DNA of 64,000 nt from assembly GCA_964566255.1 (NCBI GenBank), contig CAZMID010000001.1, positions 83,152-147,151 on the forward strand. The letters run 5' to 3'. Source of the stretch: an uncultured Planctomycetia bacterium. GTDB lineage: Bacteria > Omnitrophota > Gorgyraeia > Gorgyraeales > Gorgyraeaceae. Positions 37,112 to 50,205 of this stretch are shown here, piece after piece; the stretch's first letter is position 1, and every line of letters begins with the position of its first letter. The notes under the pieces are model-generated. The model searched no databases and was not told where the DNA came from. It saw nothing but the letters and a program-made list of their open reading frames with translations. A program made the translations under genes and the position numbers.

Positions 37112-38335
37112 TTATCTTACTGCCAAATTTATCTCAAAAATAGGCAGAAGCATCGCAAATACAATAAATCCAACAATCAGACCCATTACCAAAATTATAG
37201 CTGGCTCCAATAAAGAAGTGATTATTTTTATCATCTTACGTACTTCTCGCTCATAAGAATGGGCAACCTCTAATAAAACCCCTTCTAAATTCCCTCCTTT
37301 TTCGCCTACTGCAATCATATTGACCATAAAAGGAGGAAAATAACTAGAACTCTCAATGCTTTTTGCCAAAGGTGCACCATCGACAATAGATTTTTCAACC
37401 TTCTCGAGTGCCCTTTTAAAGATTTGATTATCCAATGTCAATATAGCAATGCGAATGGCCTGGATAACTGGTATACTTGCTCCAAGAAGTACGCCAAAAG
37501 ATCTGGCAAATCTTGCCAGGCTCGCTTTTTTAATCATAACTCCAAATACAGGTATTTTTAATCTTAACTTATCGAGAACTATTTTTTCCTTATCACTTAT
37601 ACCTCTTCTTTTAAACATAAAAAACATGCCTGACAAGATTATTACCAGCCAATACCAGTAATTCTTCATCTTAGTACCTATTGAAATCATCACCTTCGTT
37701 ACAAATGGTAAGGCCTGTTGAGACTCTTCAAATAAAACTGTCAATCGAGGTACAGCAAAAGTAATAAGGACAATTATGGTAATTATACCGACGATAACTA
37801 TAAAAATAGGGTATGCCAAGGCTGAAGTAACAGTGGAACGCATCTCTTCCTCTTCTTCCCTAAACTTATCGAGTCTAATAAGACTATTTTCTAATACACC
37901 ACCAAATTCACCTGCGCGGACCATATTAATATATAAGGGGGAGAAAACCTTTGGATATTTATTCAATGAATCAGAAAGACTTTTTCCATCTTTTAATTCT
38001 GCATATACATCAGATAATATATCCTTCATATGTTTATTTTCGGTCTGCCTAAGAAGAATACCAATGGACTCCAATAACGAAACCTTAGATCTAACTAAAC
38101 TGGTAAGCTGTTGAGTAAATAAAGTTACATCTATAGGGCGAATTCTACTTGAAAATTTAAAACTAGAATGGGGGTTTTTTGTTTTCGATCTTCCTTTCGT
38201 TTCTTCTTTGACCTGTATAGGGACATAACCCTTTCCTATTAACTGACTAATAGCCTTGTCTCTGGTCTCTGCATCAATGGTTCCTTCTATAATCTTACCA
38301 GGACCTTTTTTTGCTTTATAAATAAATCTTGGCAT
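37112..38335 (-). CDS. gspF: Type II secretion / type IV pilus platform protein GspF/PilC
   Basis: 407 aa; two GspF repeats with 3 TM helices. Confidence 0.8.
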   Translation of the reverse strand: MPRFIYKAKKGPGKIIEGTIDAETRDKAISQLIGKGYVPIQVKEETKGRSKTKNPHSSFKFSSRIRPIDVTLFTQQLTSLVRSKVSLLESIGILLRQTENKHMKDILSDVYAELKDGKSLSDSLNKYPKVFSPLYINMVRAGEFGGVLENSLIRLDKFREEEEEMRSTVTSALAYPIFIVIVGIITIIVLITFAVPRLTVLFEESQQALPFVTKVMISIGTKMKNYWYWLVIILSGMFFMFKRRGISDKEKIVLDKLRLKIPVFGVMIKKASLARFARSFGVLLGASIPVIQAIRIAILTLDNQIFKRALEKVEKSIVDGAPLAKSIESSSYFPPFMVNMIAVGEKGGNLEGVLLEVAHSYEREVRKMIKIITSLLEPAIILVMGLIVGFIVFAMLLPIFEINLAVR

Positions 38336-38351
38336 ATATTAAATCCTATTT

Positions 38352-38588
38352 TTAAGCTTTATCTACTAAGATCGAAAGTTCTTCATCTCTCATGCCTGCA
38401 ACGCCACTCTTTATGCGTAGATTCATTCCATCTACTTTAAGCTTTCCTTTTTTTAAAGTAGCAATGAACGGTTGATGAAAATCTAAAACCGTCATCTCTC
38501 CATCTTCGCCAGGCAATATGACACTTGAGACATTATCCTGGAATATTAAAGATGCTTCTTTTATATCTAATATAGATACCTTAAACAT
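38352..38588 (-). CDS. atpC: F1 ATP synthase epsilon subunit, N-terminal beta-sandwich domain only
   Basis: 78 aa; aligns position-by-position with the epsilon N-domain pattern (VSILDIKEASLIFQDNVSSVILPGEDGEMTVLDFHQPFIATLKKGKLKV ... ILVDKA against E. coli DVVSAE..FSG.V..V.V.GSEGELGI.PGHAPLLTAIKPG ... LADTA); the C-terminal helical hairpin is absent. Confidence 0.65.
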   Translation of the reverse strand: MFKVSILDIKEASLIFQDNVSSVILPGEDGEMTVLDFHQPFIATLKKGKLKVDGMNLRIKSGVAGMRDEELSILVDKA

Positions 38589-38597
38589 CTCGAAGTA

Positions 38598-40322
38598 TCA
38601 CTCCATCATCTGAGTTATCTTCATTACCTCAGTTGGCGTAGTTAGTCCTTGTATAATTTTATTCCATCCAGACAAGGCAAGTGATTTCATGCCGGACTTT
38701 ATTGCAGCTTGCCTTATCTTATCAGCCGAAACCCTTTCTAAAACTAATTCTTTAATTGTATTATCAAGTCTTAAGATCTCACAGACTGCTATACGCCCTC
38801 TAAAACCAGTAAAATTACATTTTTCACAACCCTTGCCTCTATAAAAAATAATATCAGCTCCTTTTATATCCTTTTTAGCAATATCTTTTCCTAAAATAGA
38901 CTGTGCTATCTGAAACTTAGCATCATTACTTATAGTCTCATCCTTTTCTTTGCAAGATGAACAAATCAACCTTACTAACCTTTGGGCAATAAAAGCCTCC
39001 ACAGAAGAAACCAATAAATAAGGCTGGACCCCTATATCTAAAAGCCTTGTCACTCCACCTGCTGCATCATTTGTATGTAATGTACTAAATATAAGATGTC
39101 CTGTTAAAGCAGCTCGTATAGTAAGTTCTGCCGTTTCAAAATCTCTTACTTCTCCTACCATCATTATGTCAGGATCATGACGCAACATACTTCTTAACCC
39201 TTCTGCAAAATCAAACTTTATCTCAGGCGCTACTTGAATCTGGCTTATACCTTCTATTTCATACTCTATAGGATCTTCTATGGTAAGGATTTTATTTTCA
39301 CTGGATTTTATTTTATTAAGGCATGTATATAACGTAGTGGTCTTACCGCTTCCTGTAGGGCCTGTTACGAATATAACGCCGTGAGGTTTTTTAATTAATT
39401 CTTCCAATATTTTTAAATCATCCTTTTCCATGCCTAATTTTTCAAGGCTAAAAAGCATCTTTGCAGGTAATATCCTTATAACAATACCTTCACCATACCT
39501 AGTAGGAATAGTAGAAATCCTCAAATCAAGTTCTTCATCGCCTACTTTTACAGTAGCACGGCCATCCTGCGGAAGACGTCTTTCTATAATATCCATCTTG
39601 GACATTATCTTTATACGAGATATTATTGCTGAGAAAAATTGCTCAATATCTTTAGGGATACTCGCATCGTACAATACTCCATCTATACGGTAACGTATAT
39701 TCATCTTGCCTCTAAAAGGTTCAATATGAATATCAGTAGCGTTTTTCTCTTTTGCATCTAAAAGAATTTGATTTACTAGATTTATAACTGAGGCGTCCTC
39801 AGTTACTTTTTCTATATCAGCTACATCTTCTTTAGCTTTATACTGTTCTTTAGACTTTCTAGGGCTTTCTGCGATAATTCTTTCTACAGTTTCAGCTCCT
39901 ACGCCGTAATATCTCCTGATGCATTCGACGATTTCTTTCTCAGTAGATAACACTTGGGTTATCTCACACCCTAAAAGCAACTTTACATCATTAAGCGGGA
40001 ATAAAGGATCAGAAGTCGCTATAGTCAGGATATTGCAGTCAAATTTTATTGGCATAATAGTATAGTGCCATGCAAATTTAGCTGGGAGCTTCTTAACAAC
40101 TGATGGATCTATCCTTATCTCCTTTAATTTCATATAAGGAATACCCAATTGTTCAGAAAGCGCCAGTAAAAGATCCTCTTCCTTTATAAGGCCCATCTTG
40201 ATTAATATTGTACCCAAGCGCTCACCAGTCTTACTTTTACGCTGTTTATCAAGCGCTTCTTTAAGTTGTTTAGAATTTATTAGATTTTTTTTAAGTAATA
40301 TCTCTCCTAATCTGATTGCCAT
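38598..40322 (-). CDS. gspE: Type II secretion / type IV pilus assembly ATPase GspE/PilB
   Basis: 574 aa; Walker A GPTGSGKTT; Asp and His boxes; tetracysteine zinc motif CSSC ... CEKC. Confidence 0.85.
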   Translation of the reverse strand: MAIRLGEILLKKNLINSKQLKEALDKQRKSKTGERLGTILIKMGLIKEEDLLLALSEQLGIPYMKLKEIRIDPSVVKKLPAKFAWHYTIMPIKFDCNILTIATSDPLFPLNDVKLLLGCEITQVLSTEKEIVECIRRYYGVGAETVERIIAESPRKSKEQYKAKEDVADIEKVTEDASVINLVNQILLDAKEKNATDIHIEPFRGKMNIRYRIDGVLYDASIPKDIEQFFSAIISRIKIMSKMDIIERRLPQDGRATVKVGDEELDLRISTIPTRYGEGIVIRILPAKMLFSLEKLGMEKDDLKILEELIKKPHGVIFVTGPTGSGKTTTLYTCLNKIKSSENKILTIEDPIEYEIEGISQIQVAPEIKFDFAEGLRSMLRHDPDIMMVGEVRDFETAELTIRAALTGHLIFSTLHTNDAAGGVTRLLDIGVQPYLLVSSVEAFIAQRLVRLICSSCKEKDETISNDAKFQIAQSILGKDIAKKDIKGADIIFYRGKGCEKCNFTGFRGRIAVCEILRLDNTIKELVLERVSADKIRQAAIKSGMKSLALSGWNKIIQGLTTPTEVMKITQMME

Positions 40323-40340
40323 AATGCTATCTCCTTGGTT

Positions 40341-44425
<4,085 letters not shown>

Positions 44426-44426
44426 A

Positions 44427-45164
44427 TTAATCTTTCTTTTTTAACTTGGCTATTTCGTCTCTTAATTCTTTCATCCTGAGTTCTCTATCTACAGTTACAT
44501 CTTTAAATCTTTCTAGTTCTTTTATCTTCTCTGCCAGTTCTTTAGTCCGGACTTCGATGTTTTTCTCTAAATCTTCATTAAGTCTATTAATTTGTTCTTC
44601 TATTTTTTTACGTTCAGTATTATCCATAATAGAAAATATGAAACCTCTATCAAGATCGGCTTTATCAACTGCCTGCATTTTTACTACAACAGGGACTATA
44701 TGTCCATCTTTATGTAGATAACTATATTCATATGAAACACGTCCTTTTCTGGCTATATCTTTATAGATAATATCGTTTTCTACCCTTTCAAACTCCTCTT
44801 TGGAAGGATACGAAAAAGAGGTATTCTCTTCATTAAGCCATTTTTCTAGAGGCCAGCCAAGGATGTCTTTTATGGATTTACTTGCCCAAATGACTCTATG
44901 TTTTTTTACAAAAAGAATTGCTGCGGGAGAACTCTCCAGTATAAGAAGTGTGAGTTTCCGTGACTCTCCTTCTTTCTCCTCTGTATTTTTTACTTTTGAT
45001 TCCCACATCCAAGCTAGATATAAAAATGGTAAGCTAATTATGGGTAACGCTCCAAAAAGATAAAGCGGTGCATCATACGCTTCTATTATAAATATAAAAA
45101 TAGTGACAGTAATAAGTAATACTATTATAAGTATCTGAAATTTATACCTCAAGATATTAGCCAT
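44427..45164 (-). CDS. Membrane-anchored PAS-domain protein with a C-terminal coiled-coil
   Basis: 245 aa; 2 TM helices; PAS-like core (VKKHRVIWASKSIKDILGW ... YSYLHKDGHIVPVVV); Glu/Lys/Arg-rich coiled-coil tail. Confidence 0.55.
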   Translation of the reverse strand: MANILRYKFQILIIVLLITVTIFIFIIEAYDAPLYLFGALPIISLPFLYLAWMWESKVKNTEEKEGESRKLTLLILESSPAAILFVKKHRVIWASKSIKDILGWPLEKWLNEENTSFSYPSKEEFERVENDIIYKDIARKGRVSYEYSYLHKDGHIVPVVVKMQAVDKADLDRGFIFSIMDNTERKKIEEQINRLNEDLEKNIEVRTKELAEKIKELERFKDVTVDRELRMKELRDEIAKLKKKD

Positions 45165-46031
45165 TTAATCAGTAACCCTTTGTCTTAACACCATACTACT
45201 AGCAAAGATCTCTCTGATATTTTTATCACTCTCTTCGTGGACAGCACGAAAATAAGCAAGTCTGGCTGATCTAGCCTGGTTCTTTACTTCATCTGAAGAG
45301 CCTTCTAGGTGAAGTACCCTAGCAGCCCATTCTGAAAGTTTACTTTCCCAAAAAATACTATATATAATATAAGTTAGCCATATTTCTACTAAATCTTCTA
45401 TTACCCTTTTAAAAGATGGCTCTACAATGAGCTTTTCCTCCTCTTCCTCCTCCTTACTAACTACCTCAACCTTTTTTGAAAATAGATTGCATGGAAACAG
45501 CTGTAAAGTCTGAATCTCCTGGATAGCAAAAGAGACAAAATGCGAATAGACGATGATAGTACGTCCTGCTTTTTTCTCACGGACTTGCTTAATAATATAA
45601 TTTTTTAAGTTTTCTACTTCTTTTACAGAGATATAATCACTTATCCCAGGAAAACTATGATATTCACTTGTTTTTTCTTCTACATACCGCTCACCTTGTC
45701 TTCCAACTACAGTCAAAAAATCCCCCTCGTTATACTCTTCAAAAGCAGTCACAATAATCTCAACATTCATCTTTCCTAAAAGACCTGAATCAGAAGTGAT
45801 AAGAACTATATTGGAAGGAAGTTTTGATTCATCTACAAAAACATGTGAAAAACCATTAAGCTTTACTACCTGAAAAAGTTTTCTTATATATTCATCGAAT
45901 TCTCCAAATTTTTTCCTTTCTCTTTGAAGGTGGGCAAATTCAGAGGCAGCAACTCCCTTTAAGACATTTATTATGCCAGCTATCTCTTTATTAAATTGTA
46001 ACTCTTCGCGTAAACTTGTTAGCTTTGCCAT
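45165..46031 (-). CDS. atpG: F1 ATP synthase gamma subunit
   Basis: 288 aa; N- and C-terminal helices with conserved gamma patterns (C-terminal ARSARLAYFRAVHEESDKNIREI). Confidence 0.75.
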   Translation of the reverse strand: MAKLTSLREELQFNKEIAGIINVLKGVAASEFAHLQRERKKFGEFDEYIRKLFQVVKLNGFSHVFVDESKLPSNIVLITSDSGLLGKMNVEIIVTAFEEYNEGDFLTVVGRQGERYVEEKTSEYHSFPGISDYISVKEVENLKNYIIKQVREKKAGRTIIVYSHFVSFAIQEIQTLQLFPCNLFSKKVEVVSKEEEEEEKLIVEPSFKRVIEDLVEIWLTYIIYSIFWESKLSEWAARVLHLEGSSDEVKNQARSARLAYFRAVHEESDKNIREIFASSMVLRQRVTD

Positions 46032-47500
46032 TCTGTCTTAAAGAACTTCTCAAGGGCAGTATCTAAGCCCTTTTTTATTTCCACAGTAAGCATCTTTTGA
46101 GAAGTTATATTTTCAATTAAATGTGGTTGGTTACTAACTAGATATTTATAAATCTGCGACTTGAATCTTTTCATTGCAGCTCTATCTAAGATTTCAGGGA
46201 ACTCCTTTGAAAATGCATAAAAAAGAACAACCTCTTCAGCCAATGATAAAGGACTTCCTTTATCCTGTATCAAAAGTTCATCCAAAGCCATACCTTTTCT
46301 GAGTCTAGTTTCTACTTCGGTGGAAAGCTTTGTCCTTATCTTAGTTAAGCTCACTAGTTCTCTATATTGGGCATGCTCCAACTTTAAAGCCTTACTTACT
46401 TCTTTTATCGCCTTAGTCTGAACCTTACTACCTATTCGAGAAACACTAAGCCCTAGATCAACTGCCGGCCTAAAACCTTCATTAAATAAATTGGTATTTA
46501 AATATAGCTGACCATCTGTCATTGAGACAAGGTTAGAACATACTAACCCTGTAACATCTCCTTCTTGGGTTTCTACAATAGGTAAAAGAGTCATAGAGCC
46601 TGCACCGTTTTCATCGCTTAATTTTGCGCCTCTTTCTACAAGCTGTGAATGTACATAAAATATATCACCAGGATATGCCTCTCTTCCAGGAGGCCTCTGC
46701 AACAATAAGGAAATCTGCCTATAGATCCAGGCATGCTTGGTAAGATTATCAAAAATCACCAATACATCTTTTCCGTGATTCATAAAATATTCGCCTAGTG
46801 CACAAGCTGAATAAGGGACTATATACTGTTCTGCTGGAGAGTCCGACGCACTAGCAGCTACAATAATACTATAATCCATTGCACCACCTATACGCAGCGA
46901 CTCAATAATCCTCATAAGAGCTGAGTGACTACCTCCTATCCAGCAAAAAATACATATAACATCTTTTCCTTTTTGATTAAGAATTGTATCAAGTGCAATA
47001 GTAGTCTTCCCTGTAACCCTATCTCCAAGAATGAGCTCTCTCTGGCCTTTACCAATAGGTATACAGGTATCTATTATCTTTATTCCGGTCTCTAAAGGCT
47101 CTTCTACGGGTTGCCTCTCCATTACACCAGGTGCTTCTATAAAAACAGGGTAATAATCATCTTCCTGGATCGCACCTTTTCCATCGGAAGGAATACCAAA
47201 ACTATTAAGTATTCTACCAATAGTATTCTTACTGACAGGAATCCTAAATACACCCTCTTCAGCATAAACCGTATCGCCTATGCTCAGATGACTTTCATCT
47301 CCTAATGCCAATGCCAATACTATCTGCTCACTAAACCCTATAACTATACCTTTAACATCAGAATGTAGTTCAAGTATCTGACCGTTTATACAGTTAGAAA
47401 GCCCTGTAATCTTTACTATACCTTTTTTGATTTCTTTGATGTTTCCAGTATCTCTTATTTCAAGTGGGGCTATTTTTATATTTCGTTTTGTCTTTGCCAT
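46019..47500 (-). CDS. atpA: F1 ATP synthase alpha subunit
   Basis: 493 aa; P-loop GDRVTGKTT; alpha-specific C-terminal helical domain. Confidence 0.85.
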   Translation of the reverse strand: MAKTKRNIKIAPLEIRDTGNIKEIKKGIVKITGLSNCINGQILELHSDVKGIVIGFSEQIVLALALGDESHLSIGDTVYAEEGVFRIPVSKNTIGRILNSFGIPSDGKGAIQEDDYYPVFIEAPGVMERQPVEEPLETGIKIIDTCIPIGKGQRELILGDRVTGKTTIALDTILNQKGKDVICIFCWIGGSHSALMRIIESLRIGGAMDYSIIVAASASDSPAEQYIVPYSACALGEYFMNHGKDVLVIFDNLTKHAWIYRQISLLLQRPPGREAYPGDIFYVHSQLVERGAKLSDENGAGSMTLLPIVETQEGDVTGLVCSNLVSMTDGQLYLNTNLFNEGFRPAVDLGLSVSRIGSKVQTKAIKEVSKALKLEHAQYRELVSLTKIRTKLSTEVETRLRKGMALDELLIQDKGSPLSLAEEVVLFYAFSKEFPEILDRAAMKRFKSQIYKYLVSNQPHLIENITSQKMLTVEIKKGLDTALEKFFKTEWQS

Positions 47501-47503
47501 ATA

Positions 47504-48238
47504 CTATCCCTCTCTAACTTTTTGTTTCATTACAGGAATAACTTTCTTTAGTTTATTCTTAACGCTACCATCTATGACAAAACTTCCTATCTCTATAAAA
47601 AGACCTGCTACTACATCTTCCTGTAATTTTTCAGTCAAAGTAATATCCTTACCTAATTTAGAAGAAAGTACTGCCTTCAATTTTTCTTTTTGTTTATCTT
47701 CTAACTTAAATGCAGAAACAACCTGTACCCTATCCTGCTTAACATTAACTGGCTTTACATCCAAGGTCTTTATATCTTCAATAAGACCACTTATCAGTTG
47801 AGTGTGTAAGGTTTCTAAGTCTTTATCTGTAAAAATATACCTAACCATATCTGTTGCAATATGAATGGCTTTACTTTCCATTTCTAAAAGCATATCCTTT
47901 TCCCTCATCTTGGTATCTTTTACTGCATCAGCAATAATCCTTTTTGCCTCTTCCTTTGATCTAGCAACCAATTCTTCTCTTTCCTTCTCAGCAGTTATCT
48001 TTGCTTCTTCTTTCATCTTCTCTGATTCAGCCTTGGCCTTTTCTATCTCAATGTCTGCTTGTTTTTTGGCTCGTTCAATCTCATCTTTAAGTATCTTTTC
48101 CTTCTGCATATTCTGTTGATTAAGTTTTTGTAGCCTCTTTACTGCCCTAGCAATCTGACTATATAAAAGCCATCTTAAGAATAAAACAATAGCAGTAAAT
48201 GTAACCATCTGGATCAGAATAAAATGGATTATATTCAT
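47504..48238 (-). CDS. atpF: Fo ATP synthase b subunit fused to a delta (OSCP)-like C-terminal domain
   Basis: 244 aa; N-terminal TM helix; long Lys/Glu-rich coiled-coil; C-terminal VAGLFIEIGSFVIDGSVKNKL resembles the delta C-terminus. Confidence 0.6.
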   Translation of the reverse strand: MNIIHFILIQMVTFTAIVLFLRWLLYSQIARAVKRLQKLNQQNMQKEKILKDEIERAKKQADIEIEKAKAESEKMKEEAKITAEKEREELVARSKEEAKRIIADAVKDTKMREKDMLLEMESKAIHIATDMVRYIFTDKDLETLHTQLISGLIEDIKTLDVKPVNVKQDRVQVVSAFKLEDKQKEKLKAVLSSKLGKDITLTEKLQEDVVAGLFIEIGSFVIDGSVKNKLKKVIPVMKQKVREG

Positions 48239-48240
48239 AA

Positions 48241-48453
48241 TTATCCCCCAAATAGATTATATACGATTAAAAGTCCAATAACGGCAATAGCCTCTGCAAA
48301 TAAAAACGCCAATATCATAGCTAGTAAAATCTTAGGAGCTGCTGAAGGGTTCCTTCCTAAGGCCCTAACACTTGAATATCCTACTGCAGCTATAACACCA
48401 GACGGGCCTAAGGTACTAATTAACATTATGAGAATAACAGTAAAGTTTTTCAT
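48241..48453 (-). CDS. atpE: Fo ATP synthase c subunit (proteolipid)
   Basis: 70 aa; two TM helices joined by a polar loop ALGRNPSAAP (the ARQP-type loop); ion-binding Glu in FAEAIAVIGLL. Confidence 0.75.
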   Translation of the reverse strand: MKNFTVILIMLISTLGPSGVIAAVGYSSVRALGRNPSAAPKILLAMILAFLFAEAIAVIGLLIVYNLFGG

Positions 48454-49241
48454 AATTTACCTATCCACGCCTCCTCTAATTGGTTTAAATCCTCAAATTT
48501 ATACGTTTTTAATAACGCTTCTTGCCAATCATCTTTATCCCTGATGGCACGACAAAAATCTACAAACCTCTTTCTTCCATACTCTTCCAAAAGAAACGAT
48601 ACTAAACTTGCTGCCTCACTATATAAAACCACTGGCGGAATCTTTTGGTAATCCCTTATTTTAGATAATTCACTCACTGAAACAAAATTATCAGTCCCTA
48701 TAATCTTTTTAGCAGTATTAAGATATTTACTTCTATCTTTTTCTTGTAAAACTGCAACGCCTTCATCTAGCCATAAGGGTAATTTTTTATCATACCCTAT
48801 AGTCTCCCTAAATATAATATGCCCGAGTTCATGAGGAAGCGCCTCCTCCAGAAACTGCTCTTCTCTAGCATAAGTGATGATTTCTTTCTTAATGACTTGA
48901 ACTCTTGCCTTTGCCCAGTAATTAGTATCCCCATTGGATAGATATTGCTCCTTATTAGTATATAGATATATCCTACAGCGTTTTTTCCAGGTCCAGAAGT
49001 CAAGCCTCCTAAACCCTAAATAATTAGTAATATTTTTATAATATCTTTCAGCATTACTTACTATTTGGCTAAGATAGTCTCCAGAGCCTTCTTTATAATA
49101 GACGATAAAATGCTTACTCTTCTTTATCTTCCAGTTATTGTCCTGGGCACTTACAGTACTTACACATAGAAAAATACCTACGACCAATATTAGATAAATA
49201 TTAAACCTATTACACTGCTTCATTTTGTAATAGTGTATCAT
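48450..49241 (-). CDS. Secreted gluzincin (MA-clan) metallopeptidase-like protein
   Basis: Signal peptide (MKQCNRFNIYLILVVGIFLCVSTVSA); HELGH zinc motif followed about 20 aa later by LWLDEGVAV (an M1-type third-ligand motif WLxEG); 4-nt overlap with atpE. Confidence 0.55.
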   Translation of the reverse strand: MIHYYKMKQCNRFNIYLILVVGIFLCVSTVSAQDNNWKIKKSKHFIVYYKEGSGDYLSQIVSNAERYYKNITNYLGFRRLDFWTWKKRCRIYLYTNKEQYLSNGDTNYWAKARVQVIKKEIITYAREEQFLEEALPHELGHIIFRETIGYDKKLPLWLDEGVAVLQEKDRSKYLNTAKKIIGTDNFVSVSELSKIRDYQKIPPVVLYSEAASLVSFLLEEYGRKRFVDFCRAIRDKDDWQEALLKTYKFEDLNQLEEAWIGKL

Positions 49242-49285
49242 ATAGATTTATGCAAATCAAATTTAAATGAGGCTGTAACTATCTT

Positions 49286-50074
49286 CTATGTTTTTTGTTC
49301 GGGGGAAGCTGGTGGTGGGGTAGTTTCGGTCTTAAGTTCTTTTTCTTCTGATTCATCTACATTACCAAGGCCTGCCTGGCGGTGCCAGATAATGAAAAAT
49401 ACAAAGGAAAGCAGTGCCAATATAACAATAACTGCGAAGATTAATCTCCAAGTCGCCTTAACAGAGATTCTGCCAGAAGCCGGTACCCCTTCTCCTGCAG
49501 CCTTTGATAGTTTAAGCTTAAGCGCCATCTCATTTAAGTCAGCAAGGTTGGCTTTTATATTATTAAGTCTTTTTACATTCTCTCTATATGCGGCTATGTG
49601 GGTCTGAGGAACAGCATCCATTGCTTCATCTTGTTTCTTTAGAATCTTTTGTGCATCTTTTTCAACATTGATTTGTAAACTACCAGCTATCTCACCATAA
49701 GTAGTATTCTTTAATTTATCAACTAAATCTTTTATCTGATTAATTAATTCATTTACATCTGTCTTTGATATTACCCAAACATCTTCTATCTCAACAGCCC
49801 TCATAGCACTTTCACCAGGGGCTAATTCAACCTGTTTATAAACAAAATAAAGTGATTTGGTAATATCATAATCTATTTTCATGTCTTCCATATCAATGAT
49901 ATCTTCAGGGGTTACTTCTTTAGGAAGGTATGCCTTGAGCATTGCTTTTTGAGTCCTTGTCTTTGATGGATTAACAACAACTGTTTTTAATACAATACTA
50001 GCCCAGGAACAGGTAGCAACATAAAATATAATAAGTCCCATTAAAAACAGTATTCTTATTCTAACTTTATTCAT
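49286..50074 (-). CDS. Bitopic membrane protein of unknown function (N-terminal signal-anchor, coiled-coil, C-terminal TM, acidic/Pro-rich tail)
   Basis: 262 aa; two hydrophobic segments; AGGAGA SD 7 nt upstream of the ATG. Confidence 0.45.
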   Translation of the reverse strand: MNKVRIRILFLMGLIIFYVATCSWASIVLKTVVVNPSKTRTQKAMLKAYLPKEVTPEDIIDMEDMKIDYDITKSLYFVYKQVELAPGESAMRAVEIEDVWVISKTDVNELINQIKDLVDKLKNTTYGEIAGSLQINVEKDAQKILKKQDEAMDAVPQTHIAAYRENVKRLNNIKANLADLNEMALKLKLSKAAGEGVPASGRISVKATWRLIFAVIVILALLSFVFFIIWHRQAGLGNVDESEEKELKTETTPPPASPEQKT

Positions 50075-50126
50075 TTAATATTTCTCCTATATAGGTATTA
50101 GTGTATATGATGTTTTTAGTTTTTGC

Positions 50127-50168
50127 AAATAAAAAATCTAACCAGTTTCATTCTAGTCTGGTTAGATT
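50127..50168 (-). terminator. Rho-independent terminator after the giant gene (11-bp perfect stem AATCTAACCAG/CTGGTTAGATT with a U-tract)
   Basis: Stems at 50135-50145 and 50158-50168; a 12-nt loop; an A-run at 50127-50136 gives the U-tract on the minus-strand RNA; 40 nt downstream of the giant gene's stop. Confidence 0.65.
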
Positions 50169-50205
50169 TTATTAATTCCAATAGAGTAAACATATTCTCT
50201 ATTTT

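Noticed and set aside
38352-38588. Alternative reading of the 78-aa ORF as a T2SS accessory fragment (GspM/GspL piece)
   Set aside because: It has no TM helix, and it aligns position-by-position with the ATP synthase epsilon N-domain pattern. It is kept as atpC, with reduced confidence.
49286-50074. Candidate for the missing Fo a-subunit (atpB) upstream of atpE
   Set aside because: It has only two hydrophobic segments and a long soluble coiled-coil. It lacks the 5-6 TM helices and conserved Arg of subunit a.
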